From assembly GCA_017499595.2 (NCBI GenBank), contig CM039000.1, forward strand, positions 2,914,001 through 2,978,000: a stretch of 64,000 nt of DNA, given 5' to 3'. Origin of the DNA: Psilocybe cubensis. Lineage: Eukaryota. Under the pieces are notes generated by a model. It did no database searches. It worked only from the letters and a program-made list of their open reading frames with translations, and had not been told where the DNA came from. Both the position numbers and the translations under genes were made by a program. The first letter of the stretch is position 1, and the number at the start of each line of letters is the position of its first letter. Shown here in pieces: positions 10,837 to 22,867 of the stretch.

Positions 10837-12008
10837 CAAAAAATTTTTGATGTTATTTTGACCAGTGGAAGCTGATTTGGTTCTGTTCCCGCCACACCAT
10901 ATGCATCTAGCGGTCCTTTTGTACCTTGCTTTCTTTACGCAGTCGCTCGGTCATGTTTCCCAGCATCTGTGGTTACTCTGTACGTTATACTTGTATGACT
11001 TGATAGGTTTGGCAGCCATGGTAAGGCTGGTAATCAATCCTCAGTCAGGGATGTTGCTCGTGATAACCTTTGACTCCACTTCGCGGTAAGCAGGCCGCAG
11101 GACAAAGGTGGCCGGCCATCCCTGACTAAGGAGGCCTACCACTCACGGAAGGCACTCCTTTTTCATCGCAGCGCTCGGAAGTACATGTAACCTCCCAGTC
11201 AGAAAAGAGTAAAAAAGCACTGCATTCATAGCACATGTAACACATGGGCCGCCTGCCGTGTCAGTGCCACCCTCCGCCGACATCGAGGGGTTGACCATGG
11301 GGGGCATGTCTGGCCTCCGGACGGTGCTATAGTAGGTTATAGTATTCCAGAGTCCCCTCAGAACTTTTTTTTTTCGAATAGAATTAGAGATTAGGCACCA
11401 TGCCTAGGCATTTTCCGCAGATGAAATAGACACTAACACTGCTTTGCTTTGAATTCGTATTTACGGGGTCAGGGAGTGCATCGAGGGTGCTAATAATCGA
11501 GCTTTGTACCCCTTGCCAATGTGTCCTGTCAAGTTACCGGATACTCCATCATTGAAAATTACAATAGGAGGAGATAATTGTATTGTTGATTTTGAAACTG
11601 GTATCACGCCGCAGTGATCAGCAGCGGTGAGCGCTCAGGTCGCCTAAAGCGAAAAGCGAATAGTTGCAGAACACACGAAAAGGACAGGTCCCCGCGTCCC
11701 AAGGGGACGTGTGTACGTGTATACGTGTGCACTGGCGTGTGTATATCTTTGAACCGACTCTTGTTTACACAGCGCGGAACCTAACCTAAGGACTCCTGAA
11801 AGCCCAGACATACCCCGGAAACACCTGGATTTGACCTGGAAACCGCAAACGCACCCCAATAGAACAGAATCATCTGACAAGAACGATGCCCGATTGTCCG
11901 TCAGAGGGGACATCACATCCCAGTCCGCATAGTCTGGGACTCTGGGCGGAGCAACAGAAAACCATCTCCAATTGAATAGCATAGGGGATTAACTCCCCCT
12001 GTAAGTAT
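10837..12008 (-). ncRNA. Candidate telomerase RNA (long structured ncRNA)
   Basis: Terminal helix 11945-11964/10878-10893; 10-bp perfect helix 11936-11945/11347-11356 directly 5' of template-like UACUAUAACCUACUAUA (11344-11328); U-rich/A-rich pseudoknot 11225-11154; 16-bp stem 11132-11117/11053-11038; Sm-like AAUUUUUUG 10845-10837. Ends are approximate. Confidence 0.6.
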
Positions 12009-12187
12009 ACACACAGCGTCTGTCCTATTATGCCGGCAACCTACAACACCCTCACCCGCGCTGGGACGGTGATATGTTGGCTCAAAACGGACATTGCGAG
12101 CGTCGTGACTCGCGTAAATTTATCACAGTGCTCCAATAAGTAATACAAAGAACTGGCAATAGTGGTATTTCCCATACGACGTGACAA

Positions 12188-13782
12188 TCAGGCCCAATCA
12201 GAAGGGACGGACGGTGACGACATGGTACTGGCCTGAATCTTCTCTATGAGTGCACGTTTCATGAACTGCTCCTCCGCCAAGAGACGGGTGGCCTAACATG
12301 ATAAAAAATATTTTTGTAAGTAACGCATCTGATGGGCGCAGGAGCGAGAGAAAAAAGAGAACACATACCCGAAGGAAACGTTCTAAATCTATTCTACCGG
12401 CATTGAGGGCTCGGTGTAGATGGTAAATGGTGTCTTCGATCGCGTTGTCGTCCGCAATTAGGTTTATGAGCCTGCGAAAGGGAAATGAAGCTGTGCAGAG
12501 GAGGGTATCTGTGATAGACAACGTACTGATTGTGGACTATGCTCGTTGCACAAACGAGCTCATCGACCTCGGGGTCGCCTTTCCTACGCAACTCTGCAAT
12601 ATTTGCCTCTGCTTGGTGAACGGCGTGGCTGGTCCTACTTGCGACATTGCGACAGACATCTCGAACAGCCTCAAGACGCGCCATCTCGTCTTTGATAGCG
12701 GGCTCGCCGGCGAGAAGATCGGCTTGTTGTGCGCGCAACCGCTCGGCATCAATGGCGAGAGCCTGCGAGAGAGAGTTTAACTCTGCGGTGAGTTTGCGGT
12801 GGACCTCCGATTGGAGCCGGAGGAGTTCAGGATTTGGGGGCCGTGGCGGTGGTGCTGGGAAAGAAGCTGGGATGGCAGACGCGTCATTGTCCTGGTCAAG
12901 GAGATCTGGGACGGGGATGGGGATGTGATGAGGGTCCGGCCGGGGTGGGTGAGGCGATGCAAATAATTGTGGAGGAGGAGGAGGAGGTGGTGGTGGTGGG
13001 ACTGGATGGGATGGGGCAAGCAGAGGAGGAGGAATAGCCGGACGGAATGACTGTACGGGATGAGGTGGGAGCGGCGGAGGCTGTGCTGGTGTAAATATCT
13101 GCAGATGGATTAGATAGAGATGGACATACAGAGACTGGATTTGGAGTAGCGCTACTCGGTGGTTTAGCAGGCAGAGGCGGTGGGGGCGGTGGCGACTGGG
13201 CGACGACTCTACTGACAGCCGGCTTTGCATACACAGGCGGCTCTCGCGAAAAATACTCCTGGAGAGCATCGACGAGGGCAGATAGACTACAACCCTGCTG
13301 CCATGTCAGACGAGCAACATGAGCATTCCGCTAGAAGCCACTCACCTCGTCCTTCCGTTCCCACTGCTGCATATACTCTATCCTGCACCGTCCGCTCACA
13401 TCGAGATACCGTCCGGGCCTCACCACCATCTCCGTAGTAGGCACTACATACACGATCGGCGCTTCTCGCGGGTACTCACGCGGCAGCCAGATCGCCACCG
13501 GGATGTTGTACCCCGTCTGGCGGTAGCTGATGGGCAGCAGTCCGTGCACACACAGCAGCAGCTGCGTGCGGCCGTCGTCGAATGCTACAGACGCACATGT
13601 GAGCAGCGGCAGATGCAGATGCAGATGCACCGGAGCAGGCGAGGCGTACTGTAGACATCAGATTTGGGACGCAGTGTCGGTGCATGGGCGAGCAGCGCGT
13701 CGGTGTCGGCGTAGACGCGTGGGTGGTTGGGATACGGCTGGACGGCCTGCTGCAGCCATCGCTGGGTAATAGACAGCGCCAT
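12188..13782 (-). CDS. VPS23: ESCRT-I subunit Vps23/TSG101
   Basis: UEV domain (LLCVHGLLPISYRQTGYNIPVAIWLPREYP), proline-rich region, coiled coil, steadiness box (ADDNAIEDTIYHLHRALNAGRIDLERFLR...LAEEQFMKRALIEKI). Confidence 0.95.
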
Positions 13783-14204
13783 GGCCTTTGCAGACTCGCG
13801 GACTTCCCCTGCGGCCGTGGGCAGATCCATCCACGTGATGGTGACATGGGTCTGGGACTTGCTTTCCATATCGGGTCATCCAGATCTGTGTGAGCCGTTC
13901 TGTCGGGACGCGGGGGTCTGGTGTGCCCGCCTCTTTGTTCCTAATCCGGAACCCTCAAAGGCTGTCCGTCCCCTCCGCGCCGCTCTCTTTGTCCGGCTGA
14001 AACAGGAAATTCGTCCTTTTGAATCTCCGATCTCTGCTCAATGTCCCATCTCCAGTGTCGTGGCTCCTTCCTGCCTATTTCGGCTCTCATCTCGGATCTT
14101 GGCGCCCTTGACTCGTCCCGAGAGAATTGCGGCCCTCGTAATCGTATATAACTCCATGTCCCGATTTCAATTTACTCTTTCCCCTGCTTGTCTCCAACTC
14201 TCCA

Positions 14205-15853
14205 ATGACTTCCTCAAGAGCGTCCTCTTCAGCCATCAAGAAGCACGACAACTCGCCCCCCAGTATCACTCCCCAGCGCAAGCACAGAAAGCTCCTCAAG
14301 GATGGCAGTGGCACAGAGGTCTGGCCTGAGTCGATCGAAAAGGTTTTTGTTCAGGGTCTGTTGTTTCGTATCCTACACATATCGCGCCTGTGCCTTACTT
14401 TTTTTTTCTTTCAGGTCTTCGTGAATATTGGGACTCTCCCTATGCTACCTACTCTCAGTCTCGCGGCCGCAGCAGATGGCGCAACCAGTTCCTCGTAGAC
14501 TATCTCGCCAAGCAAGGCATTGACCGATCTAAGAAGCAGGTCGCAAGTCATATTCAGGTCCTGCGCAATATGTGGAAGGGGGAGCCAGGTCTGCATCTTT
14601 CTACCGTTTCACATTTTTTATTTCTCTCATCAATCGTCTCGTATTCAATCTAGAGTTCCACCTCGTAGCCGGAGGCGATGAACTATATCCAGAGGGTGAC
14701 TCTCCCATGGCTGCTCCTGTGAAACTCGAGGAATATCATGACTCGAATTCCCTGATACCATTCGAGTGGGATGAGAGTGATCATCTCCCCTCCTCCAACT
14801 CCGTCTCCCCTAACTTTTCTCCCGCCGATTCCCAGTCAGAGTTCCCGCCTACCCCAGAACAGCGACCAGGCCACTTCCCGCCCGAGTTTGGTGTCATCCA
14901 CCCAAAATTACAGGGCATGCCACTCGATCTGTCCTATGCGGGCCACGGTTTGAATAGCCCATCAATATCACCGAGTGGAGATTTTATTCAGCAGTTGCCC
15001 CACTACGGTGACGCGTCTTCGCCTTTCGCCGCACAGCAGGCCAAGTATCCCGCAGCACCGCCAGTCATTCAGATCCCTCCCTCTTACCAATCTCGCAAAA
15101 CTCCAACCGACCCGTCCTCTCAGACGGTCATGAGTGCGACCCCGACGCATTACCGATATGCGCGCAATAAAGTCACATCGGTATTTTTGCAAGCCGACGG
15201 TATGACTCCTTTTTCGGTCAAAGTAGACGCCTTGTCGCACCCGCAGGGGCTTCAGCCGCCACTAACACTGCGGGTCCGACTTTGTGTCCCAACAATGAAC
15301 GACGCCCGCACACCATCTACTTTCCATGGTTTCCAGAGTTTTGTTTCTTTGGAAAATGTGTGGAGTGCGACCAGTCGTTGCGTCACCAAGGTCTATGGCA
15401 ACAATATTTGCATCTCAGAGGAAACCGGATATCTTAACGTCACTCACATCAACGTTGGAACAGTCAACGCTGGTCTGCCAGAATCCTCGCTGAACCGATG
15501 TAGATGGCTTGATGCTTGTCAGTACTCTTTTGATTCTCGTTCATTGTTTTACCGCGGCTAAATTATTCTTTTCAACAGCCCTTTCTATCGTTCTCACGCA
15601 AGAAATCATCGTGGACGATGAAACCCTTCTTTGTATGATTTACGACCTTGACAGAAAGTCCGGTCCCATGCCATCTGCGACGCTTTTGGGTTTCCACAAA
15701 TATCGGGCGGCTGATAAAGGCACGCCTCCAACCACCGCATCAATCTCACCAAGCCCGAGTACCAACCTGTCCTTTCCCCACGCTGGGCCGTATGCCCGAC
15801 CGACCTCCCAACCATCACTTTCCTATGCTCTAACACCCACGCGGTACCAATGA
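14205..15853 (+). CDS. TEA/ATTS-domain transcription factor (Tec1/AbaA family)
   Basis: TEA domain EVWPESIEKVFVQGL...RNQFLVDYL...RSKKQVASHIQVLR. Confidence 0.9.
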
Positions 15854-16457
15854 TCTCTACCGCCCAAATTCTGAGTAGACTACTCTGTATTCACTAATTT
15901 CTCGCCACTTCGATCTTCAATCTCCCATCTACTTGGTCTTCAATTTTTCTATCCATCTGTTTTCGTTTTTTGTCTGTTTTTGGATAAAACATACCCTTAA
16001 CCCTTGACTCATCTCCTGGCATGTCCTGTATGTTTATTGCTATTGTAACATAAAGCCACCTACCATAGTTCCGAGCCTCCTCTACTTTTATCTCCACTGC
16101 TCAGACAACACATACACACACACACGGACCCTCTTAGCCACACATCTGTATCTTCTTTTTCACGACTGGAGTCGTTTGTATTTATCCACCCCCCTCTATG
16201 TCGTTTATTTTCTCCATGTCCATGTGGAGTTTGTCGTCTACTACAAGATGATGTAAAATAATTAGCATGTCAATTATCTGCAAATTAACCCATCCCGCAG
16301 TGTCTCGACAAGCAAATAGGTGCTGTGCCTGAGTTCTATTTTTGGTATAGTAATAAACAATGCGAAAGAGGCGCGCGCTGCCGCTGACGCCGGTCGGAAT
16401 TCGCGGGATGCAGTGTGTTACTTTTAAACGCCCTAAACCTAATAACACAGAGCCAGC

Positions 16458-19302
16458 TTAACTGGCACTGTAGTTAAGTAATACCCCGGCAGCCTGACGT
16501 ACACGCGGGTCAAAGTGGCGCCCGTGCAGTGCATGCAGCTCCCAGAACGACGACTCAAACGGATGGCAGAGCTGCGGGTCATCCACGTCAGCACGGTAGA
16601 CGCCGTTGTAGATCCGATCCTCCGTGGCGAGCATGGCCTCCAATTTGCTGTCCTTGGCAAGCAATCCGTGAACGAACTCGAGCGCGCGCAGTGCGGCGGG
16701 GGTCGGCCAGTGCAACGCGCCTGAGAGTAGCCGCTTGCTAAACGCAGCGGCGCGTGCGGGGGGCGCGGTTGAGCCGGAAGTCCGGGAAAAGAATATCAAG
16801 TGCAGTGCACGGAACAAGATGTCAACGACCGATTGGTGGTATACTTTCGGGCCGAGCGATGATGATGATGATGTAGTTGATGTTGATGGCTGGGCGTTCA
16901 TTTCGGGGGAAAAACTGAGAGGGAGCAGGATAGAGTACAGGGTGTTGACAAAATCGGTTAGATCCATGTTCAGCGCTTCGCCTAACATATGCAGAATATG
17001 AGTTAGCTGACAGACGCACAACAGACAGTCATGATGAGGACGAGTAGGATGATTTACCTTGTCCTGACAGAAGCTCGAATGCGGTGACTATGCACGAAAG
17101 CTGTCGGAAGATGAAGGCTGACTGTATTCCTGCTGCGTCGAGATCGGCATAGGCCATTGCAGCTTCTTCTTCTATTGCGATCAGATCCTTCAGCACCTGC
17201 ATGAGATCCTTGAAAAAATCGATGTTGACCAGGTGTGCGAATCTGGAAATTCCAGAAAGCGCGGCTGGGAGAAGGGGCGTTGGCGTCGGGTTTTTGAGAA
17301 TACGGAAATAGAGGGCAAAGAGGAGTTTTAGCGTTTCCGTTTGCTTAATAGGTTTAATGGTGGTTTTGGTGATTTAGTCGGGCATGAACGTCGAGGGGCA
17401 TAGAATGCATGAAACTTACAGTCGTCTTCCGCTCTTCCTTATCGACCTCTGCTCCGGCTTCACGAAGTTCTTTATCAATTTCTTTTTGCTCCTTGTAGGC
17501 TTTTTTGGCCTTTTTGCTCAGATGAACCTTTTCTTGCTTTTGAGCCTTTCCGGACTTGGGTTTCTTCGCCTCTGGTTTGTCAGCGTGGGTGTTAGAGGCG
17601 CGAACGCCAAGTTCAGTCCGGAGGCGCAGGGAAAGTAGACATGACAAGGCGTTCGGATGAACCTTGAAATGCCGTTCCTTTATCATGCGATTCACCAGAC
17701 GCACTATTTCTAAAGATGCGGCGCCTGTAAGATCCTCGCGAAAGACTTGAATCAGAGTTTGAGAGCATAGTTCAGATGACTGAATGGTGTCCATCAGCCG
17801 CAGTGGCGACCAGTAAGAAAATACAACGCACCGCGTCCCAGGATTTTTTGCTCAGGCGTGCAACGATGCATGTCATCAAGTTGAGTCGAAAATTAAAGTG
17901 TGTCACCTCTTTGAGTAACGTGCACATACAATGGAGTGCAGTGTCGGCCAGCTCAGAGTGTGCTAATAATTTGTGAATAAAGGTACATAGTGGAGAACGA
18001 AAATATACGTACATTTTAGCTCGCCTTCCAGAAGTCGAAGATATGATTGGTAGACTGTTACCAAGCCTTGCTCCCAATCACGAGTCCGGGCTACCATTTG
18101 ACTGACCTTTTCGGCTTTTTCAGTTTCAGTCAAAGCTCGTATCCGGTAACCAGGAATAACGTCCTTGAAGACGGCCAATTGAGATAGGACAGCGAGTTTA
18201 CGAATGATGGGATCATTGGGAACAGGGTCAGGATGTGTTGGAGTGACGACAGTTTTCAAAGAGAACGTGTGCAATCGTCGTAGTAGTCCAAGCTAATCAA
18301 AATCATACTTTAAATAATTCAGTAAGAAATAAAAAATAGCAACATACGTTGTTTTCTGGGTCCGCTAAAATTTCCTGACAGATAGCAGCTATCTGATCCT
18401 TTGCCATATCGATTTTGGCTTTACGAGAATTCGTCTTCAGAACATCCACGACGGCTGGCCGTCCGAAACGTGCGCCAGTTGAGACATCTTCTACTCTCCA
18501 GCGTGGCGTTTCCCGTTCCTCCGCCTCTGAATCGCTTTCCTCCGGTTCGGATGGAATATCCTCTTGTGAAGCAGGGATAACAGCTTTGATACCTGTCCGT
18601 TGGATTTTCCCGTCTGCCAACTTGATAGGTAGACGTTGAATCTCTGTAGGTTTAGCAGGTTCTTGACGCAGTCTCCGAGGATTGATTTCGTATGGCATTT
18701 CCTCATCAGAACCTGCAGTTTTGTCAGAATAAGCGACTATCGAATGATTATCGTCTTCGTCGCTCAATATTTCTGAATCTTCGTCTTCCATGTTCGAGTC
18801 CCAGGATTCTTCATCTTCGTCATGCGAATCGATTGACGGTAGGTCATCATACACCTCAGGCTTGCGAACTGGTTTATTCAGTTCATGCAATCTCTGAGTT
18901 TCTTTTTTACTCCTGTGTATAATGCATTTGTTATGGCATTGTTTAAGATTTCAAGGCATTAAATTACGCACCTCATGATACCTTTCTTATCCAGACTCTT
19001 CAGGAAACTTGCAGCACCACCAAATTCAGCAAGTACATCCATGTCCTGGTCAGATATCTCGACATCGTCATCACTCAGATTGGGTATTGGGATAACTCCT
19101 CTATCCGCTGCCTTTTCTTTCTTCGGCTCAGCTGATTTCGACTTGACAGAAGCCTTCACACTTTTTTGTTTCCCATCGTTGAGTTTGCGTTTTTTAGATG
19201 ATGCCTGCAGAGCAAATGAGTGAATTAGACATCCGGTGATACTTTAATTTGCTCAACTTGTGAGGATGGTGCAGCGCGCTTTCCCTTGGTATTGCCTGCC
19301 AT
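16458..19302 (-). CDS. NOC3: Nucleolar complex protein Noc3 (NOC3p + CBF domain)
   Basis: RLPIKLADGKI, KDQIAAICQEILADPENN, LAVFKDVIPGYRIR, HFNFRLNL, RAAAFSKRLL, FWELHAL motifs. Confidence 0.92.
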
Positions 19303-19600
19303 GATCGTCGAGTGCTGATGCACACCGTAAGGTTCACCAGGAGAAGTTGCAACTTTTCGCGCTCTAAAAGGGGAAATTACTGTAATTCAAGCGTGCTGTT
19401 GCCTGACCGCATGCGATCCAAACAACACGTTCCTAATCTGGATTATTGGCAAGGTCATTCCCACTTTGACCTTCAAGTCAAAGGTCGTTCAACTCCAATC
19501 AGCATTTATTTCGATATTTCGTGTCGCTTCGAGTATCTCCTGAAGCTAACCGCGTTAATACGCGAAAAGGTCGTATCACATACGTTCACTGGTCCCTGTA

Positions 19601-22552
19601 ATGGCGTCTACCGATTCAGCTCAGCCTCCAGGTCCCCCATTGGAAGTTGAAGCCCCTCCCCCCGCAGACCATGTCATTCGTCCGCACCATATTGGACTGC
19701 TGACCGTCTTAATGGTGGCATTCAGAAACTCGTCGATCAAAGACTTTCCATCTCCATTTGCCCTCCACCTCCTTCGCGTCTTGTTGAATGAAATCTCTGA
19801 GGTGTGTTTTAGATCGCAACTTGTCGCTATTGACGCTCACGTTCAAAATAGGTTGCCCAACACAAATCGCATGCGGAGTTAATGTCTATCATCTCTACAG
19901 GCTCTGAGGGCCACCCCGCAGTATTTTATGATTTCCAAATGGCCATCGCCACCATCGTAAGTATTCCCTATAATCCAATTTGATGCCTGTGTTCTTGAGC
20001 GAGGAAGCCAGAACCGTGACCTGAACACTGTTGATAAAATGGGAAACTTCCTTGCAAGTTCGTGTATCCATATATTATTGGACAAAACTGACGTATTGTT
20101 CTAGACCTTCGTTGCCTTTTCAAGAACCAGAAAAACAAGGAGGTAAGTGCTGTGACCTTCTCCAAGAACTGAAACCAATATTTAGAAATTGGAAAAGGAT
20201 GCCCCAATATTTGTGAGCTCCCCCCTTTGGACTGAAAAACTGTATTCATATGTCTAATCATTAAATTAGCAACCACGTTCCCTGTTTGGATTCTTTTGCC
20301 GCAGATGCTTTGTGTCTTTCAGAAAACTCTCCTTCATTGCACTTGACCGGCTTTGTCGAGATTATCAGGCATGGTGTGCCGGAGACGCAACCGCTGGATA
20401 TGAAAACTTTGAAAAATCAAATTTAGATTGTAATATCTCTTTTGCTCTCAAAATCAACGTCAAGCTGATGCTCTGTACAAGCCGATATGCTGATTTTCAA
20501 AACGGTGGCAGACAGAAAGAATTGGGCGACACCAGACCTATATGACGTGTAAGTGTATTTTTTGTACTACTGTTTCTATATTCAACGGGTTATGCAACGT
20601 CAGTTGGGAAAAAAATTTTGTCATCGGAGATGAAAGCTTGGCGATAGAGAATCTACGTCGATTTTTTGAGCAACATTTTCATGAGAGTCATGATTCGTAA
20701 GTCTTCTCCAACTCAAAAAAGTTTCCTTGACTGATGAAAGAGGAATAGAGGGTTCCGACCACATGCTTTACTAAACTTGGTCCGACTACATTACATGAAC
20801 GGGGAGTTTCTCGCCGCTAGACAAGTATGTATCTTTTGACTCTACAGATATCTATATCTCTTGAATTACCCGCTTCTAGCTACTAGGAGAAGCTATTGAC
20901 ACCGCTAGACTCTCCAATGACAGAGTCACCCTTCACCATTGCACAAGGTTAGTTCATATTTCGTATCCAACTTTGTTCCACATCCTTAGTTATACAGCAT
21001 CCTACATCGCCTCCCCCCTCTCGACGAGGCCCAAAAACCAATTCTTCAAGAAGTTCAACCTGATTTACACCCATTTGAAATTCTCTTTGACGTCAGCAAG
21101 CTGTTAAATCCTGAATCTGTAAGGATGGTGTCACTCGTATGTACACACCCCAATGCCATTGATCTAATTTTCAACCCAAGGAGCAACCATTGAGCGCATC
21201 ATTCATTAAGATTTTTCAAGCCATTGGTCTTTATGACCATTGGCTTGATGTCCAATGCGCAGTACCCGTTGAAGAGCAACAATGGGCGCAACACGCCGTA
21301 CAATCAATTGTATGGCGGGAAGCAGGTAGGCTGCGTTTTTTTCTTTTTTTGTATCTACGTAACCAAAACCTGTAGGTTGCAGCAAGCTAGCAGACATAGA
21401 ACAAAATGTCGTGCTTGCATTCACTGAACCCGGTGGACAAAATTCAAACAGAATGGCAGTTAGTTTGAACAAATCTTACCAGGTACCTAAGAGTTATATA
21501 TGAGATCATCTCATCTAAACATAACCGTAGATAGCAAGGCAGGGCAACTACACTGCGGCTTTGGCATCTTTGATAGACCCCAATGTCTGGCGAGGGCTAT
21601 ATATCCAAGACTATGCAATTTGGGCACATGCGATTTGGGATATACTGGCACTTCGCGCAACTCGTCGGTAAGCTTAGTCATAAAATTACGTTTGCTAACT
21701 CACCCTTATTTTACATGTTAGAGGTCAATTACGCTTATACCGTGAACTTCTCATTCCGCGCAGGCCTAACGGTCCCTTTAACCCGAAGGAATATTCTTAC
21801 AATGTAGAATCAGATAAGCTGACAATAATCAGAGAATCATTATACCAAATTTTGCAACTTAAAGTAAGTAATTTTCGCTTTCTACATCAGCGTACAATGT
21901 CGCTAAAATGCCCATCAGCAACAAGACCAGGCGGTTATGGGCATTGACCATTTACTCAGGGCTTTATGGTATTCAGAATTTCTTTGTAGATTCTCTCTCT
22001 ACAGAACAGCTATCATCATACTTGCTGATATCGGGCTGGAGTTTGGATTGACGCAAAAATCCCGCCGAATTATTGAGGAAATCATGCCGCAGGTTAGATG
22101 TTTATTTCTTTTTGATTAGATTCTTATCTGATCATCCAATAAGGTGATCAACGGCGATGACATAGAACAACGCGCTGTTGCTTGTTTTACACTTGCCCGA
22201 TGCATTATTGTAGCCGAGGGATCTACCAGTAAGTTCATATCTTGCTTACGATGAACAGAATCCCAAATTACTTGTCATAGGCGAAGCCCTTCAGCAGGCG
22301 CTGCCGTACCTTTCTCAAGCGGAGTATGATTTCAAAACACTGGAGATGTACCGACCCCTACAGGATGTGCAATACATGTTGTCCGTCGTCTACCATAATT
22401 TGGATATGCCTATGCAAAGACAGGCTGCTGCTGAACGCCATTTTGAAACGGAAGGTCTACAGAGGAGGTTGGAAATGATTGTGTCTGATCCAGAGATCCT
22501 TAAGATATTCGACCTGGTTGAAGTTGTTGGGTCTGCTTTGACATCCAGGTAG
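19601..22552 (+). CDS. APC5: Anaphase-promoting complex subunit 5 (many short exons)
   Basis: IRPHHIGLL N-terminal motif; AIENLRRFFEQ; HALLNLVRLHY...LLGEAIDTAR...DRVTL TPR-like Apc5 domain. Confidence 0.8.
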
Positions 22553-22867
22553 ATAATCCATTCCGTAAATCTTTCAAATGCATTATATTCACAGCTCATT
22601 GATTCATTGACCATTAAATGGTTCGCTTAAAATTGATTTCTATTTTTTGATTGCGTCACACCCTGTCACAATTACATTAATTTACACGTGCCCGTGACTA
22701 TCAGTGTCACTGGCCCACTGTTTATTACCCACGTGATGTCATGGAATTTGAACTGCGAGATTGGGTTCGTGGCTTTGAACTCAACCGTCTGCTACTGAAG
22801 TGCAAGGCGGGTCTCTCCACTCTTCACTCCCGTCTGCATCCAGCTCCTTGTATCCGCTGATTGGATT

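Noticed and set aside
11778-11789. Plus-strand AACCTAACCTAA as a TTAGG template, with GTAAGT at 12001 as a spliceosomal 3'-end site
   Set aside because: No U-rich pseudoknot lies downstream on plus, and most wobble pairs plus the triplex geometry favour minus. Kept only as a fallback orientation.
11644-11982. 112-aa minus-strand ORF inside the structured region
   Set aside because: No recognisable domain or intron structure; better explained as incidental to the RNA.
11980-12008. Minus-strand ATACTTAC resembling the U1 snRNA 5' end
   Set aside because: It lacks the CCTG continuation, the stem-loop I GAUCANGAAG loop, the AUUGCAC loop and a nearby Sm site.
13607-13630. GCAGAT tandem repeat giving HLHLHL/QMQMQM in the ORF track
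   Set aside because: Intronic microsatellite in VPS23.
13727-14329. 200-aa ORF and ATG at 14156 overlapping the TEA gene start
   Set aside because: It spans a divergent promoter and the ATG is probably upstream of the TSS; I cannot support it as a gene or uORF.
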